A stretch of DNA of 59,709 bases, counting the filler, from Sphacelaria rigidula (Eukaryota), in the NCBI GenBank assembly GCA_964200075.2. It is 7 parts of 7 records of this genome, joined end to end, with 100 filler letters (N's around TTAATTAATTAA, not from the genome) between each part and the next. Parts side by side here need not be neighbours in the genome. Positions count along the whole stretch, not along the records: positions 25,637 to 34,080 come from CAXNAA020011109.1; positions 34,181 to 42,623 come from CAXNAA020011110.1; 5 more parts are not named here. The stretch is one strand, 5' to 3'. Positions 25,637 through 37,494 of this stretch are shown here, in pieces. Each line of letters begins with the position of its first letter. The stretch's first letter is position 1. The position numbers and the translations under genes are program-made. Below the pieces are notes generated by a model. That model made no database searches, was not told where the DNA came from, and saw only the letters and a program-made list of their open reading frames with translations.

Positions 25637-27047
25637 GCGTCTCCGTCGCGATGGGGAGGCTTGGTCAATGGTCGAACGACTAGGGCAAGCAACGAATGAG
25701 TATTCCCCCCCCGCCCCCGCCCCCCATTCCCGATGCGCGCGTGAAGTCAAGGATTTGATAGCGCCGATACTTCGACGAACTAACGAAGCAACAATCAGCG
25801 CTTTTCACCGACAATAAGCAGCAACATCACTTTGATCGAACGATGACAACAAGAGGAATCCGTCACGAAGTTCAGAAGCACCCAATCATGTACCGAAGCA
25901 GCCAACACCCCATACGGTATGCAGTCAACACCACAAGAGCAAGCAACCAGTCCCGCCTCGCGTGATGACCGCGACGGTTCATGTGACCACTGTATCGCCG
26001 GTCACGGTGTGATCGCTGCCACTTGCATGTGCGATGGCATATCCCTCATCCCCTAGTCAATAATACGCGCAGCGACCAACTTTCAGCGACTGTTGGGATC
26101 ACGTCGGTCACATTTGTGTGAGTGATGTATCCCCCTTGAAAAAAACCCAACTTAATATCTATGGGCGGAAATAAGAATAGTAATAACATGGAAACAGCAT
26201 TACCCCAATAATAATACCACACCCGGGTAGCAAGTTTTTGACTCCCAAACACTGATCATTTGGGGGTCGCGTACACTGCCACCTACGGCACCGAACGCCG
26301 GGGAGTGGAAACATGGAGCGATTCTTGATGAATGTGTCTCACATCTGGCAATGGTTGACGTTGCACTAGTGTGCATTCAATTCCATCTCGCGAGGATTCA
26401 AGCTGTACACAAAATCCGTCCTTCTCCGTGAGATGAGACGGGAATTGATGCTCGGTTCACCGAACCTCCTGTGAAGACGCGGCGGTATCAGGAGAAAGGA
26501 ATAAGGGACTGGGACGGGACTGGTGAAAACGACGGGACGGGAAGGGTGCCTTTCCCGTCGCCTGAAAAGATGATGGAACGGGTTGGGTACTTTACCCGTT
26601 ACCTGAAGAGCGACAGGGCCGATCGGACCGGGAAGCTTGGGGCTATGTCTGTACGGGGCTGGACGGTTAGTGCCGCTCTCACAAATCGCCGGAACGGGAC
26701 GGGATGATCCGTCACGTCCTGACGAATATCCCGCATTGTTACGGCCTCGTGAAAAGCCCTGGAGTTCCCTAGTCAGCCTCTCTATGTAGGATGCAGGGAG
26801 ACATATTTTTGCTCGTCGTTCATCGTGCTGTACTTCTGTGGCAAAGGCATCGGTTAATACCGACGTGGAAAAAGGTGCACAACAAGATCGCTATCCCTGC
26901 AGATGTAAGCGACAACCACCATGAGAGTGTACAACCATCTGGCCGACGTTTTTTGGCGTTATAATAACATCTCTTCATAAAGATGCACTAACTGCACTCC
27001 GTACCGTGTCTTCTCATTGATGTCGTACGTACTACGCGACGTGGCGA

Positions 27048-30000
27048 ATGATGAAACGGAAACCGGACTCCCAGGCACATGACGAGCAAATACGGGCTTT
27101 CAATATTCGCCTGGGAGCATATCAAGAGGCTCAGGCCTCGTGTGAGTCATCCCTGGAGGCCCAGGTGAGAGTGCTGAATCGTGTGCAAATGTTTCTCCTC
27201 GGCACACCGACAGTTGTAAAGCACCAACCAAACCTGAGGTGCTCAGAAGTTGGTGCGAACTAGTCGTTAACTCTGTCACCATATGCGGCACTCACAGGTC
27301 TTCACACTGTAGTATACGCTACATTTTATGAGTCCCAACGCACGCCACAGGGGTTTGTGAGATACACGTCCGAGCCCATGAACAACAAGACAAGGATAGC
27401 GTTATGAACCGCGACCACGATCCCTCCTTTCCCCCCCCGGCCTGGAAAGTACCGCCACGCAATCAACGTATTTTCAAAGTCCAACTGTCGGTTTATATGC
27501 GAGTGTTTTTTATGCACAGGACGATACTCCGTGTACCACGACGTCTTCGTTTTTCGTCGCAATTTGGACTGGGTGAGGGTAGGGCTTTTGCACGGTCGCT
27601 GAGATTAGCACGGCGAACCAGATACAAGCCCACCGCAAAAGGGGGTTTATGGGGAAAGTTACGCCGTAAAATACCTTAAACAGGGCACAACAGGACGGGC
27701 GCTGTGAGTTTAAAACTGTTATCGTTCCCGCGGTTCACTATCCATCTTTCACATTGGGCGGGTTTGCGTGTCTGCACGCTCACTTCGGTAGGTGGAAAAG
27801 CTCCAGTATGCGCACAAGTCACTGGAGGACCTGCTGGGGTTGCTTCAACCCGCACCAGATAAGCCAAAGACACCCCACACGCAAGAGGTGACTGTACTCA
27901 TACGAGCATATCGGACATGTCTTCTGGGAGGGGCAATGTACATGGTTCTAGTTCAGGGAGAAATGCAAGTAACACTGCTCACGTTTCGTCTTACGTAACT
28001 TAATGGTGGGACGCGGTTCCCGTTTCAACAGGATGCACACGTGGCGGGAGGTCCTTCATGTAGCTGGATCCCATTTTTTTTGTCATTCAGGTTTAACAAG
28101 GTGGATTGCTGGTAATGTTGCAACGTGTCGGTTGTGCGTGAACTCGGCTCCTCACGTCACGCCAAGTTGGGCAACGTGGTCATTTTCACTTGTATTTTGA
28201 CGTATAAGGCCCGCACCATGATCAACATTGTAGTTTCGGAAATCGAGACTTGGAAGGGACCTAATGGCTCTCGAACGCTCGCGACCGCCGCGACGTACAC
28301 ACAGGGCAGCGGTCCGAAGTGCCGTATTCTTACAGTCCGAACTTCATCTTTATCGATTTCTTCGAAATTGAAGCTTCGGAGAAGATATGAAGACGCTTCG
28401 TTGTCGGCGAAGTCTGAACGCAGACTCCGAAAAGTCCGAGAATATTCCATGTCTCCGACGAAAAAGTGTCGATAATCATGGGCGTTACGATGGCAATTTT
28501 CCTAGACAGTACCGAAAGAGAGCACGAGGCGAAAATTCAGGTTCAATAAAGAGACAACGGCTGCTCTGTACAAGATTGATCGTGATGTGCGGCAATTATT
28601 GCCGTGATCGCAACTAGGACATACCCGAGGTAAAAGAGCAAAAAAAATCGCGAAAACAAACTCGAGAATGGGCAAGGATGAAAGAAAACGATAGAGCAAT
28701 TTTACCCTTTGGGAACCCAGTGACGATTTTTGAGTCATCCTACGATAGGGGGGGCGGGGGGGTTATTTCGGCCACTTCTTGCACGAAATTCCAAGTCAAA
28801 TCGTCGTTGAAAGAAGCAAAGGTTGCTCGAAAAAGCTTGTTTTAGATGAATAATCCTCATTCATACCGATTGAGTCCGTTTTAAACCAAAAAAAAGCGCA
28901 CCGCGAGTGTGGCAGGTCGTCTGACACACTTTCGAGTCTCTTTCTTCGTGCAGTCAAGTACCCCCCTTACAGTAGGACGACGCTTTTTTTTTGTGAATCG
29001 GCATCATGAGCGAAAATGATGCCCATTCACAAGAGCAAAAATCGTCACTGGGTTCCCAAAGGGTCAAGAAGTGTTGGAGAGAAAGAGTAGAGGAGAAAAG
29101 TAAAGGACTGAAGAGAGCGAAAGGGCAATGAGAAAGACAAGAAAACCCCCCATGTATTTTTCGCGCACTTTTTTCGTTCTCCTTCTCAACTGTCATTCAG
29201 AGAGTGTTTCCGTTTAGTTGCCTTGGTTGCATCATGTTGAGATCACGGCTGCGTGCGTAATAAGGGATTATAGATTATAGGTCTACCCGGATATCGGGGG
29301 TTGCAACTGTGAAAGCGGGAACATGGGGTGGGAGGTGGACAAACAACGTTGTTGAAACAAGCGTTTCACCAACTCTACACACGGGATCTTACAAATTGGG
29401 GATGGATATTTTATTGGGGATGAGGAACATGGAGAACTTTAGACTTCGTATCCACACCAAATATTCGAATTATGGTTCCATTTTTTCACCTATTGATAGC
29501 TATTTACAAATGTTACACGCCACAGAAAATTGGATTTCGGTCACCGAAATATTGGGGTCCTAAATGAAAAACCATTTTGGGGGAATTTCGGGTGTCCGGA
29601 TGGACGCCAAGATGGTTCCGAAATTGTTTCTTCACCTAGGTCCCCAACATTTCGGTGATCGAAATAAATAAAAAATGTGTGTAGTAGTCAATAACTACTA
29701 GTAGGTGAAATGGAACCATATATCCAAGATTTGGTGTGAATACGAAGATTTTAATTCGCCGGGTTTCCCATCCCAAATAAAAGATCCATCCCCAATTTGT
29801 AAGATCCCGTGTTTCTTGCGTTCAACTCTGACAGATTCTTCAGACAGGAGATGAAAAATTACTTACACGTTGGCTGAATTATTGGGGAAAGTATTTTTGG
29901 TATTCGACACATGCCCACACACTAGCGTAGACCACACGGCTGCACCGCTTCCGACATTTGTTGTGGCCCAATGCATACTCTCTCCTCATTTTAGGATTTT

Positions 30001-30204
30001 TTCTTCACAGAAGTGCTCAGGATAGAGGACAGGTTACGTGCAGAGCTGCAGGATGGCAATGGGGACAAGAACGTGGAGGCACAGCTGCTACTAGAGCGGC
30101 GACATCTGGAGAAGCACAAAGCTGCCGTCATGGCGGAGGCGCTCGAAACTTCGCGGCGGCATCAAGAGCACGTTAATGCCCTGAGAAAGATGGGCGGTGG
30201 TTAG
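27048..30204 (+). CDS. Putative small coiled-coil protein (~146 aa); exons 27048-27164, 27792-27887, 29835-29868, 30011-30204
   Basis: Charged, helical-looking peptides (HDEQIRAFNIRLGAYQEAQ; VEKLQYAHKSLEDLL; VLRIEDRLRAELQ..LLLERRHLEKHK) are bounded by AG/GT sites. Phases close only if the 34-nt exon with a weak GTTGGC donor is included. Confidence 0.55.
28705..29063. mobile_element. piggyBac-like MITE hosting a nested element
   Basis: Perfect TIRs CCCTTTGGGAACCCAGTGACGATTTTT / AAAAATCGTCACTGGGTTCCCAAAGGG. Flanks are TTTA and TCAA (degenerate TTAA). Confidence 0.85.
28732..28983. mobile_element. Nested GAG-terminal MITE (252 bp)
   Basis: GAGTCATCCTACGATAGGGGGG ... CCCCCCTTACAGTAGGACGACGC, inserted in a T run (TTTT on both sides). 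Confidence 0.8.
29379..29812. mobile_element. Fold-back element with ~200-bp imperfect inverted arms
   Basis: ACACGGGATCTTACAAATTGGGGATGGAT.. / ..ATCCATCCCCAATTTGTAAGATCCCGTGT. Internal blocks (TTCGTAT.CACACCAAAT, TATGGTTCCATTT, ACCGAAAT.TTGGGG) are mirrored. Confidence 0.9.
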
Positions 30205-30813
30205 GATCAAAACTGCATGCCATGCATGTCCGAGCATGATCGATGATTGTGTGGTGACATGGTTCATGTTTGTCACTTGGTACTCCTTGCTAGTTGCAGA
30301 AAGCTGTGCGGGCGATGGGGCAGTGATGGCTTACAAAATCGGTTGTCCCGCGTGTCTCGTGACGTCAATACCCGAGCGGTGGCTGCCCTTTGCGTGATAG
30401 ATAGCTTGCTGCAGAGTCTTAGATCTATATATTGCGGTGTACAGTTAACATTCCTTCGGTAAATAAGCTTAGACTGTCGCGAGGTGGGCGTACACGGTAT
30501 AATGTGATATTTGTATCCAGTTCTATAACTCTGTCCAGGTCCCGCGCTATGCAGGGTCGCGCCTTGGCACAGCGGCCAGTAACCGAGCTTATGCTCTAGC
30601 TTTCGTCTCCGATACAAGAACGGACCACAAGGAGCACGGTGGGGCGATGTACCCAAGACAACACTTCCCCCGTACAATTACAACCCTTCACGGGGGTCGC
30701 CGACAGTTCACTAGCCAACAAACACCATCAACGCGATAATTCGATACCAGATTTTCTCTGAATTAGGCATCGGAACCACCTCCCGTGAACATCTCAACGC
30801 CATGGAAGCAACA

Positions 30814-32882
30814 TCAGCTACCTTTCCGAGCTCTGGCTCTGGTAGTCATTCGCCGTTCCACAGCCGTCACATTTTCTTTGCAGACAGCTGCAGCCTTCAA
30901 CCCTCCCTGCACAGAACGTACGACCTTGTCCCGCCGTGACGTTTTCCCACGATGGACAGTCTCCCCCTCCAGCATTTCTTCCGCCGGGAGGCGTTTGGTC
31001 CCTCGGCAAGGCTGCTGCCGTCGTTTCGATCTGCCACATTCCGTGCTGGCAGAGACCCCTTCCACAGCTAGTGGACTTGCCTTACGGAGGTCTCCAGGTT
31101 CCTCCTGTTGCTGTCCGTCGTTTATACCTTGTCGGCATGCCGTCGCTTGAACGCCAGTTTTCTGGCCCAAGCCAACCTTTGCCATTGCAGGTTTCGTCTC
31201 CCCGCGACATCGAGGGTCAGTTTTCGCCTCGCCACCTCTGCTTTTACCAGAAACGATCGGGACTTTCATCGCCCGTACCTCACTGTGCCGCCTTACGTCC
31301 GCAAGTTCCAGGCCCTGCCGACATGGCTTCTCCCGATCGGAAATTTCTTGGTCCAACTGTTTCGCTGCTGCCACAGGTGCTTTCCCATCCTTGGCGCTAG
31401 TAGAGGACGAATCTTCCAAGTCCTGTCTTTGAACACCGAAAACATCTCCACTTACCAACGAGTCTCGTCTAGCGTCTATAACCTCTTCGTCTCGTCGGCG
31501 TGCCGTCGCAAGACCAGTCGCCTCGCCTGAACTCTCTCCTCCCGCCACAAGTCTGTCGCCTCGGTGCGGCCATCGTCGGCTTGTCGCCTTGCGACTCCTG
31601 GTTCTAGTAACGGTCGGTTCTTCGATATCTTCGCGCTGATTCACCGTTCCCTGACCCGAATGCTCACCTTCCTCAGAGCGTGTGGTCGCCGGACGAGGCG
31701 GTTGTGGGCAATCTACAGTGTCTCCACCTCTCGAGCTAGCGATGACCGGCTCTTCCATCACCTGTGGGTATGCCCCGACAATCCCTGGGGGCACTTCCCT
31801 TCCCGGTCTCAAATCTACAAGCTCTTGGACTTGCGGATCTGCCATCGCCCGATCAGTAGCTTCCCCTGTCAACTTTCCTCCTGTCGCGAGGCGTGGGTTC
31901 CCCCCGCGGATCTCCCTCAGGGACTTCGCCGCATCAGCCGCCCTGGCACTAGAAACGACTGGTTCCTCGAAAACGTCCACGAGGTCCTTCCTACCGTTTT
32001 TAAAGTCTACCACTTGTGCATGTTGCTGACAAGTTACCGGGTGGGCAGTTTTTGCACCCGAACGTTTTGCTCCTGCCGGACTTGAGTTTCCCCCGCGAGG
32101 CGGCTCTCGGCAACTCCCATTGTCATCATCTCCGGCGTCAGAAAATACAGGGGCTCTCGCAAGAAGGTCTACAAATTTGTTTTCTCCCTGTCTCACACCT
32201 CCAGGGTTATGGTTCTGTCGGTAGGCGGTGACTTTCCCAATCATTCGATTTCCTCTTGTGTGAAACTTGCTTTTCCCGTAGCAGCGTAGTTGATTTCGTG
32301 CCTCACCAACCCTGATTGCCGAGGGTTTCTGTCCTTCTGCAGTAGCCTGTGCAACTTCCCCAGAAGTATGCTCAACCCTTTCCCCTCCTTCTCGATCATT
32401 AGCAATGTTTTCCCCCCGCCCACACTTCACTCTCTGATCAACAGGTTCGTCTGTCACTTCTACCACTGCAGGATGCCTCCTTCCTCCGTACGTCCGCGGT
32501 CTCTGACCAACGCTCTCGGCAGCAGCTACCGGCGGAGTTGGAAACTTGGCTCGGTCTCCGTTATCCTCCAAGGAGGAACTGTCCCCCCTCTCGCTTGCGC
32601 TGACAGCGGCGCTACAAAAACCACCACGTCGACCGTATACTCTAGGCTGTGACGTTGTCGCCGTGACGCTACCTCCGGAGCCACTGCTGGCGCTCGCTCG
32701 CGAGCTGCCTTCGTTCCGCTCGAGATTCGATGCCCAAGGACAGTTAACTTTGACCGGGTGGCCGCCGCCGCCGCTTGCAGGATTTGTAGGAGGTTTCATT
32801 AGCCCGTCATTCTCCACAGGCGGTTGCAAAGTTGTTGGCCTGGTGTTGCCCAGCACGGAATGTCCATGGCACATACGGATGA
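30814..32882 (-). CDS. Large (~2.07 kb) exon of an uncharacterised low-complexity/disordered protein; possible upstream exon 33396-33339
   Basis: A 714-codon stop-free ORF rich in G/R/E/S/A with recurrent R.YG(R/G/K) and EEP(V/T)V motifs. The acceptor TTCCAG before 32882 is in phase with the G|GTACGT donor at 33339. Confidence 0.7.
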
Positions 32883-34014
32883 CTGGAAAAGCATGCAGCG
32901 AATGAAACAAAAACAAAAAACGCAAATCACAAGCGGGTGAGCAGGTGCGGACGGTCAAATCCGCGAGTGCTGGCGGAGAATCACAACCCTGGTCGCGACC
33001 AGGGAAATCCGCGATATTCTTAGCGGAGACGTAGTTGCAGCTCTCGCGTCTGCGTTTGCCGACGGTACATTTTCACATGCCATTTATCCTGTAGAGATCT
33101 CAGCTGCAACAAAATGAGCCAACCGTACGCATATTCCGATTGCGCTTGTCACCACAGCGAATCTTGCACAGGGCGCAAAACAAGCTTGTGAAAGAAACAT
33201 AATCTGTGGTGACGGCGAATCCCGTAGTGAACATCCCGAGTTACAGGTCAGCAACATGCCCACAACGTGACAACAACAGAACGGGGATAGTAGAAGACCC
33301 ACGATACCTGTCTTACATTGCAAAACTACTGAACGTACCTTGGTCCTCAGGTGGGCGAGTATCGTGAAACGCCAAACACTGCACGATCGTAGACGTCTGT
33401 TTCACGCGGACAAGGGGACACAAGCGAGGCAAACCAAACGGGGTCTGGAGGTTGAGAATTGGGTTGCGTGCGCACATGGTTGATCTTGCCGACAACACGG
33501 CCTGCTTTGTAGTCACCGTATCACAAAGCGACATCATTGCTATGCCCTGGAGAGTCTCAGTGCATGCGGGTATACGTCATTCGATTACACGCGTAGCCAG
33601 AGGGGGGATCGGGACTGTGACAACTATTGTCGCTGCCTGTCTCGTGCGAAGCCACCCCCACATGCGGTATAACGCACACAGAGTCCCTACATGGCGTAAT
33701 GCTCGTGGAATACAGGTATGTTCAGGCGTTCCCCGATGCTGAGCCCACACAAAATTTCAACACACAGAAACAAAACGTGGGCCAGTGAGTGACCTGCGAA
33801 ATACTACTCCGAATGTTTTACCGACCTGGTTTTTTAAAGGCGAATGCGCCGGCCAATATTTAGAGTTGGAGCGTGAAATTTGGTATGGACAATGCGTAGG
33901 GCATGAAGAAATAAAATTACTGAAGCACCAGAAGATTTGTGTTCAAGGGTTAGGGACAATAATCGGTTTCCAAGGGCAAAAATCAATTTTCAGGTATCAG
34001 TAAAATGCCCTTAA

Positions 34015-34080
34015 CCCTTTTGGGACCGGGCCTCCAGAACGACCAATGAGGCTGGTCAGGAATGACGTGTATGGCGTCTA
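34015..34080. mobile_element. piggyBac-like MITE left end, cut by the contig end
   Basis: TTAA|CCCTTTTGGGAC. Confidence 0.55.
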
Positions 34081-34180
34081 NNNNNNNNNNNNNNNNNNNN
34101 NNNNNNNNNNNNNNNNNNNNNNNNTTAATTAATTAANNNNNNNNNNNNNNNNNNNNNNNNNNNNNNNNNNNNNNNNNNNN
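34081..34180. other. Artificial contig spacer
   Basis: N44-TTAATTAATTAA-N44. Confidence 0.98.
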
Positions 34181-37100
34181 TCTCCCGGTCTCAGCCGGCG
34201 GGGCGGGCCTGTCTGCGAGGCGGGCGGGGGGGGGGGGGGGGGGGGGGGGGGGTACGCATGATCTTGGATGCCGTAGTCGTTTAACCGCTCACCCTGCGGT
34301 CAGGGGCAATTACCTCGTCCGATGACAGGCTGCTCACCGAGATGGCTAGATCATTTCGCCCCAGTCATCGTGGCGTTTTTCGTGGGTATTCTCACTCGGA
34401 GGCTAGTCTAAGTCGCTAGTAAGTAGGAAAGATGAGATGGAAGGTAGCTTCTATTACGCACAGCTTCTTCGCATTTTCTGCAAAATGTTTTCACTCGCGT
34501 GATGGTGACACCCTTGGAACATGTCCGCCAGTGACCTTGTACATACCAGTTTGACAACTAACTCATCATGGTGACCGTAGATGGCCAACACACGCGTCCC
34601 CCGACCATCTTTGGGAATCCCGTTCCAGCCACGAAAGACGACGTAAGGGCTTATTTGAAGTAGCTTGCACGCATATTTGTGCTGATCGATTTCATCCCAT
34701 CAATCAGCTCCGTATAGCGTCGTTAGAATAACCTACGTTCACACTCGGCGTCCAAGACCTCCCGACGTCAAACCCTAGGGATATGTTTTTCTCCCCCACG
34801 GAAGCTGTAGTTGAAATGCATCCCCTCCGGAAGACCTGCCCAATGTCGGCAAACCCTGTGATGAACTCTTTCCGGGAGTAGAGAGAGCAATGGGCTGCAG
34901 TACTCGTACACCTGAAAAGAAGACGTTCTCTGTAACTCATGCATAGAAGAAGCGGTCGACTCAATGCTATACTCTATTCGCACTAAATAAAGCACGTGTC
35001 CCTCGCGGACGCTGACGCCATTTTCGGGATCACAAGTTTGTTGTATTGTCACGTCGACCGAACATTTTCACGTCTTGGCCCCCGAACCCCTGCACGACCG
35101 CATGCCGACCCTCGTCTGGCTCATGATGAACCACTTCTCGACCTGGAGTTGCAGGCGCAAGAAGCGCCTCATTTGTCCGTGAGCCAAGCGTTGAACTCTA
35201 ACTGCCGCACGTTGTGTTGGGATGCAACAGAAATGAGGATGTAGAAGTAAATCATGTTCGTTCGGGGTATTTGGCGTCATGCGGGTGACACCCTTCTTCC
35301 TCCGCCTCCTGCAGCCGAGACTTGTTGTAACGCCTCTGTGAGCGACTCTTCATCTCGGGAACCGAATCCCCGCGCTGTCGTGCGAGAAGGTCACATGGCA
35401 TTCGCACAAAGCACCTGCGATGAGGACAAGAGGGAAGCACTTTGGGGTCATCCGATCTTTTCACCCCAAACGCGGCGCGAGGTTCGTGACCCGTGAACCT
35501 GTGATCGAAGGATGCGCGATGTTTTGGTGCCTGATATATGTGAGTCCCATAAGTCGACACCCATACGAACCTGAAGGTTCATCCCTAGAGAGGCCGGAAT
35601 GCGTTGTTGGTCGACATCGACCCCTGGCCTGCTGATATCCAGTAGAGGATCGATCGCCAGTCGGTTCCTGCTGCTACGCGAGACCACCGACGGTAAGCCG
35701 CTGCCCTTCCCCTAGACGAAGCTTTGCCGCGAATCTTCCTCCTCTGTCGGATAGACCATTCCCCCCTGTAAGATCGCTGCCCTATGTTGAAGCTGTGGGG
35801 CGAATAACCTCCTTCTATGGGGCCAGAACGAAACCCTTGGTGGCCCGAACCAGGGCATTGGGTCTTGAGACGAACCCTGAATCTTCGAAAACAATAGCTT
35901 GGCATCGATCCCTAAACCCAAGCCGTCCCACTTAGCGCCGCTCATTCCTTCTTCGGCAAGGATCAAAATGATCTTCTTGCTCGACATGGTACCGTGTATA
36001 CCTTTCTTGCGCCATTCGGACATTTTCCTTGTTCACTGTGCGCCAAATGATGGTGCATTGTAGTTGATGAAGTACTGTATATCTCAAAACACGGAAACCA
36101 AAAAACGGTGATTCTCGACGAATCATCCGTTGCACTGAGTCTCCTGTTGGGCATATGCATTTCCTGTAAAACCGACGGGGTAAAAATCATAGCTAATTTG
36201 TATTTGGGAATGCTGGGGCAGATTTGGTGTTGTCTGTCGCGCTTCACACCCCCCCCCCCCAAAAAAAAACGCCGGGACCGTTAGGTATGTCACTCGACGA
36301 CGAAGGATATTTAGTGATCGGCTCGTCAGATTCTTCTCCTTGGACGGCTTGGCGTTACCTTGTCGTGTACCGTACCACTGCTCACATTTTTCCTCAGCTC
36401 TTTGATCGCGAACACCTCGGGACCCCTGCTGCAGGAGCGGCCATAGCAAACCTCAACATATTAAATAGCGCATGATCAAACGTGGGCTCGAATAAACAGC
36501 TTCGCGCTTAGGGGATACCTCGTAGACCGCCGACGTTGATTTTCCGTCTTTTGTCCGGTGAGAGTCCCGTGAGTGTTTGAAAGTGGTTTCGTTTGTGTGT
36601 GTACAAGCTAAAATCTGTAGCCAACAGGCATGCTTCAGTCTTTCGCCGTGATTGATTGGAGGCGGATGTATGTTCGATTCCTTCATTCACCAATAAGTGG
36701 ATCTACGACCTGCAGTCTTCTGTCGTTGTTTGTTCTTGTTGTTGTTGTTGGTGGTGGTGGTGTTTTTGTTGTCATTCCTGCCCCCTTCCTTTCCTCTCTG
36801 AGGCCGTTGCTTCTGTCTTCTGTTCCTTTCTTTGTTTTTTCTTTTCGTTATTCTATTCTATTTTTGCTGCTCCTGGCCACGGGCTGGATTGTTGTAATCA
36901 GCTAATGTGAGATAATCAATCAATCAAGGCTTCGAACATGAATGTTTCGCCCAGCAGGACAACGGTGGGCATCATTCGTTGCCCCAATCCCGTGTGATGC
37001 TTCTTGCCCACTCTCGTGCAAAGTGCTGACTTCGGAGACATACAGTGATGAAGAGTGGTGTACTTCTGGGCCATACAACAGACGCGCAAAAAAAACTTGT

Positions 37101-37494
37101 CGTGGGGGACCCTGCGACAACTCGCACCCCCTCCATTGTTGCACAACTGTTTCACAACTATTTTGATCGTGCCCATTTGTTGCCTTGTGAAGGCCCCTGT
37201 GAACATGCTTTCAGTGAATGTGGTGCTCCGTTTTTACGGTTAACCCACGATCATATTTTTGATGATCAAGTTGGGACGAATTCTCGTGATGTCCTCACTG
37301 CATATGTCACGTATATATTTTCGAGAATAACGTCAGGAGGAGGTGAATCGTTTTCTGTATTCCGAGCACCGGGGGTGACATCAGTGGATGGCTAAGGTTA
37401 CGTCGACCAGTATATCTATTCAGTATATCGCACTGTTTCTTCACCAACCTGGATGTTCGGAAAATCCGTGTCACGTATCTTGTACTCTCTCCAG

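Noticed and set aside
34704-37206. Protein-like minus-strand fragments (e.g. WFIMSQTRVG resembling a sulfotransferase PAPS loop)
   Set aside because: Only a single weak motif, with no consistent exon chain or further family motifs.
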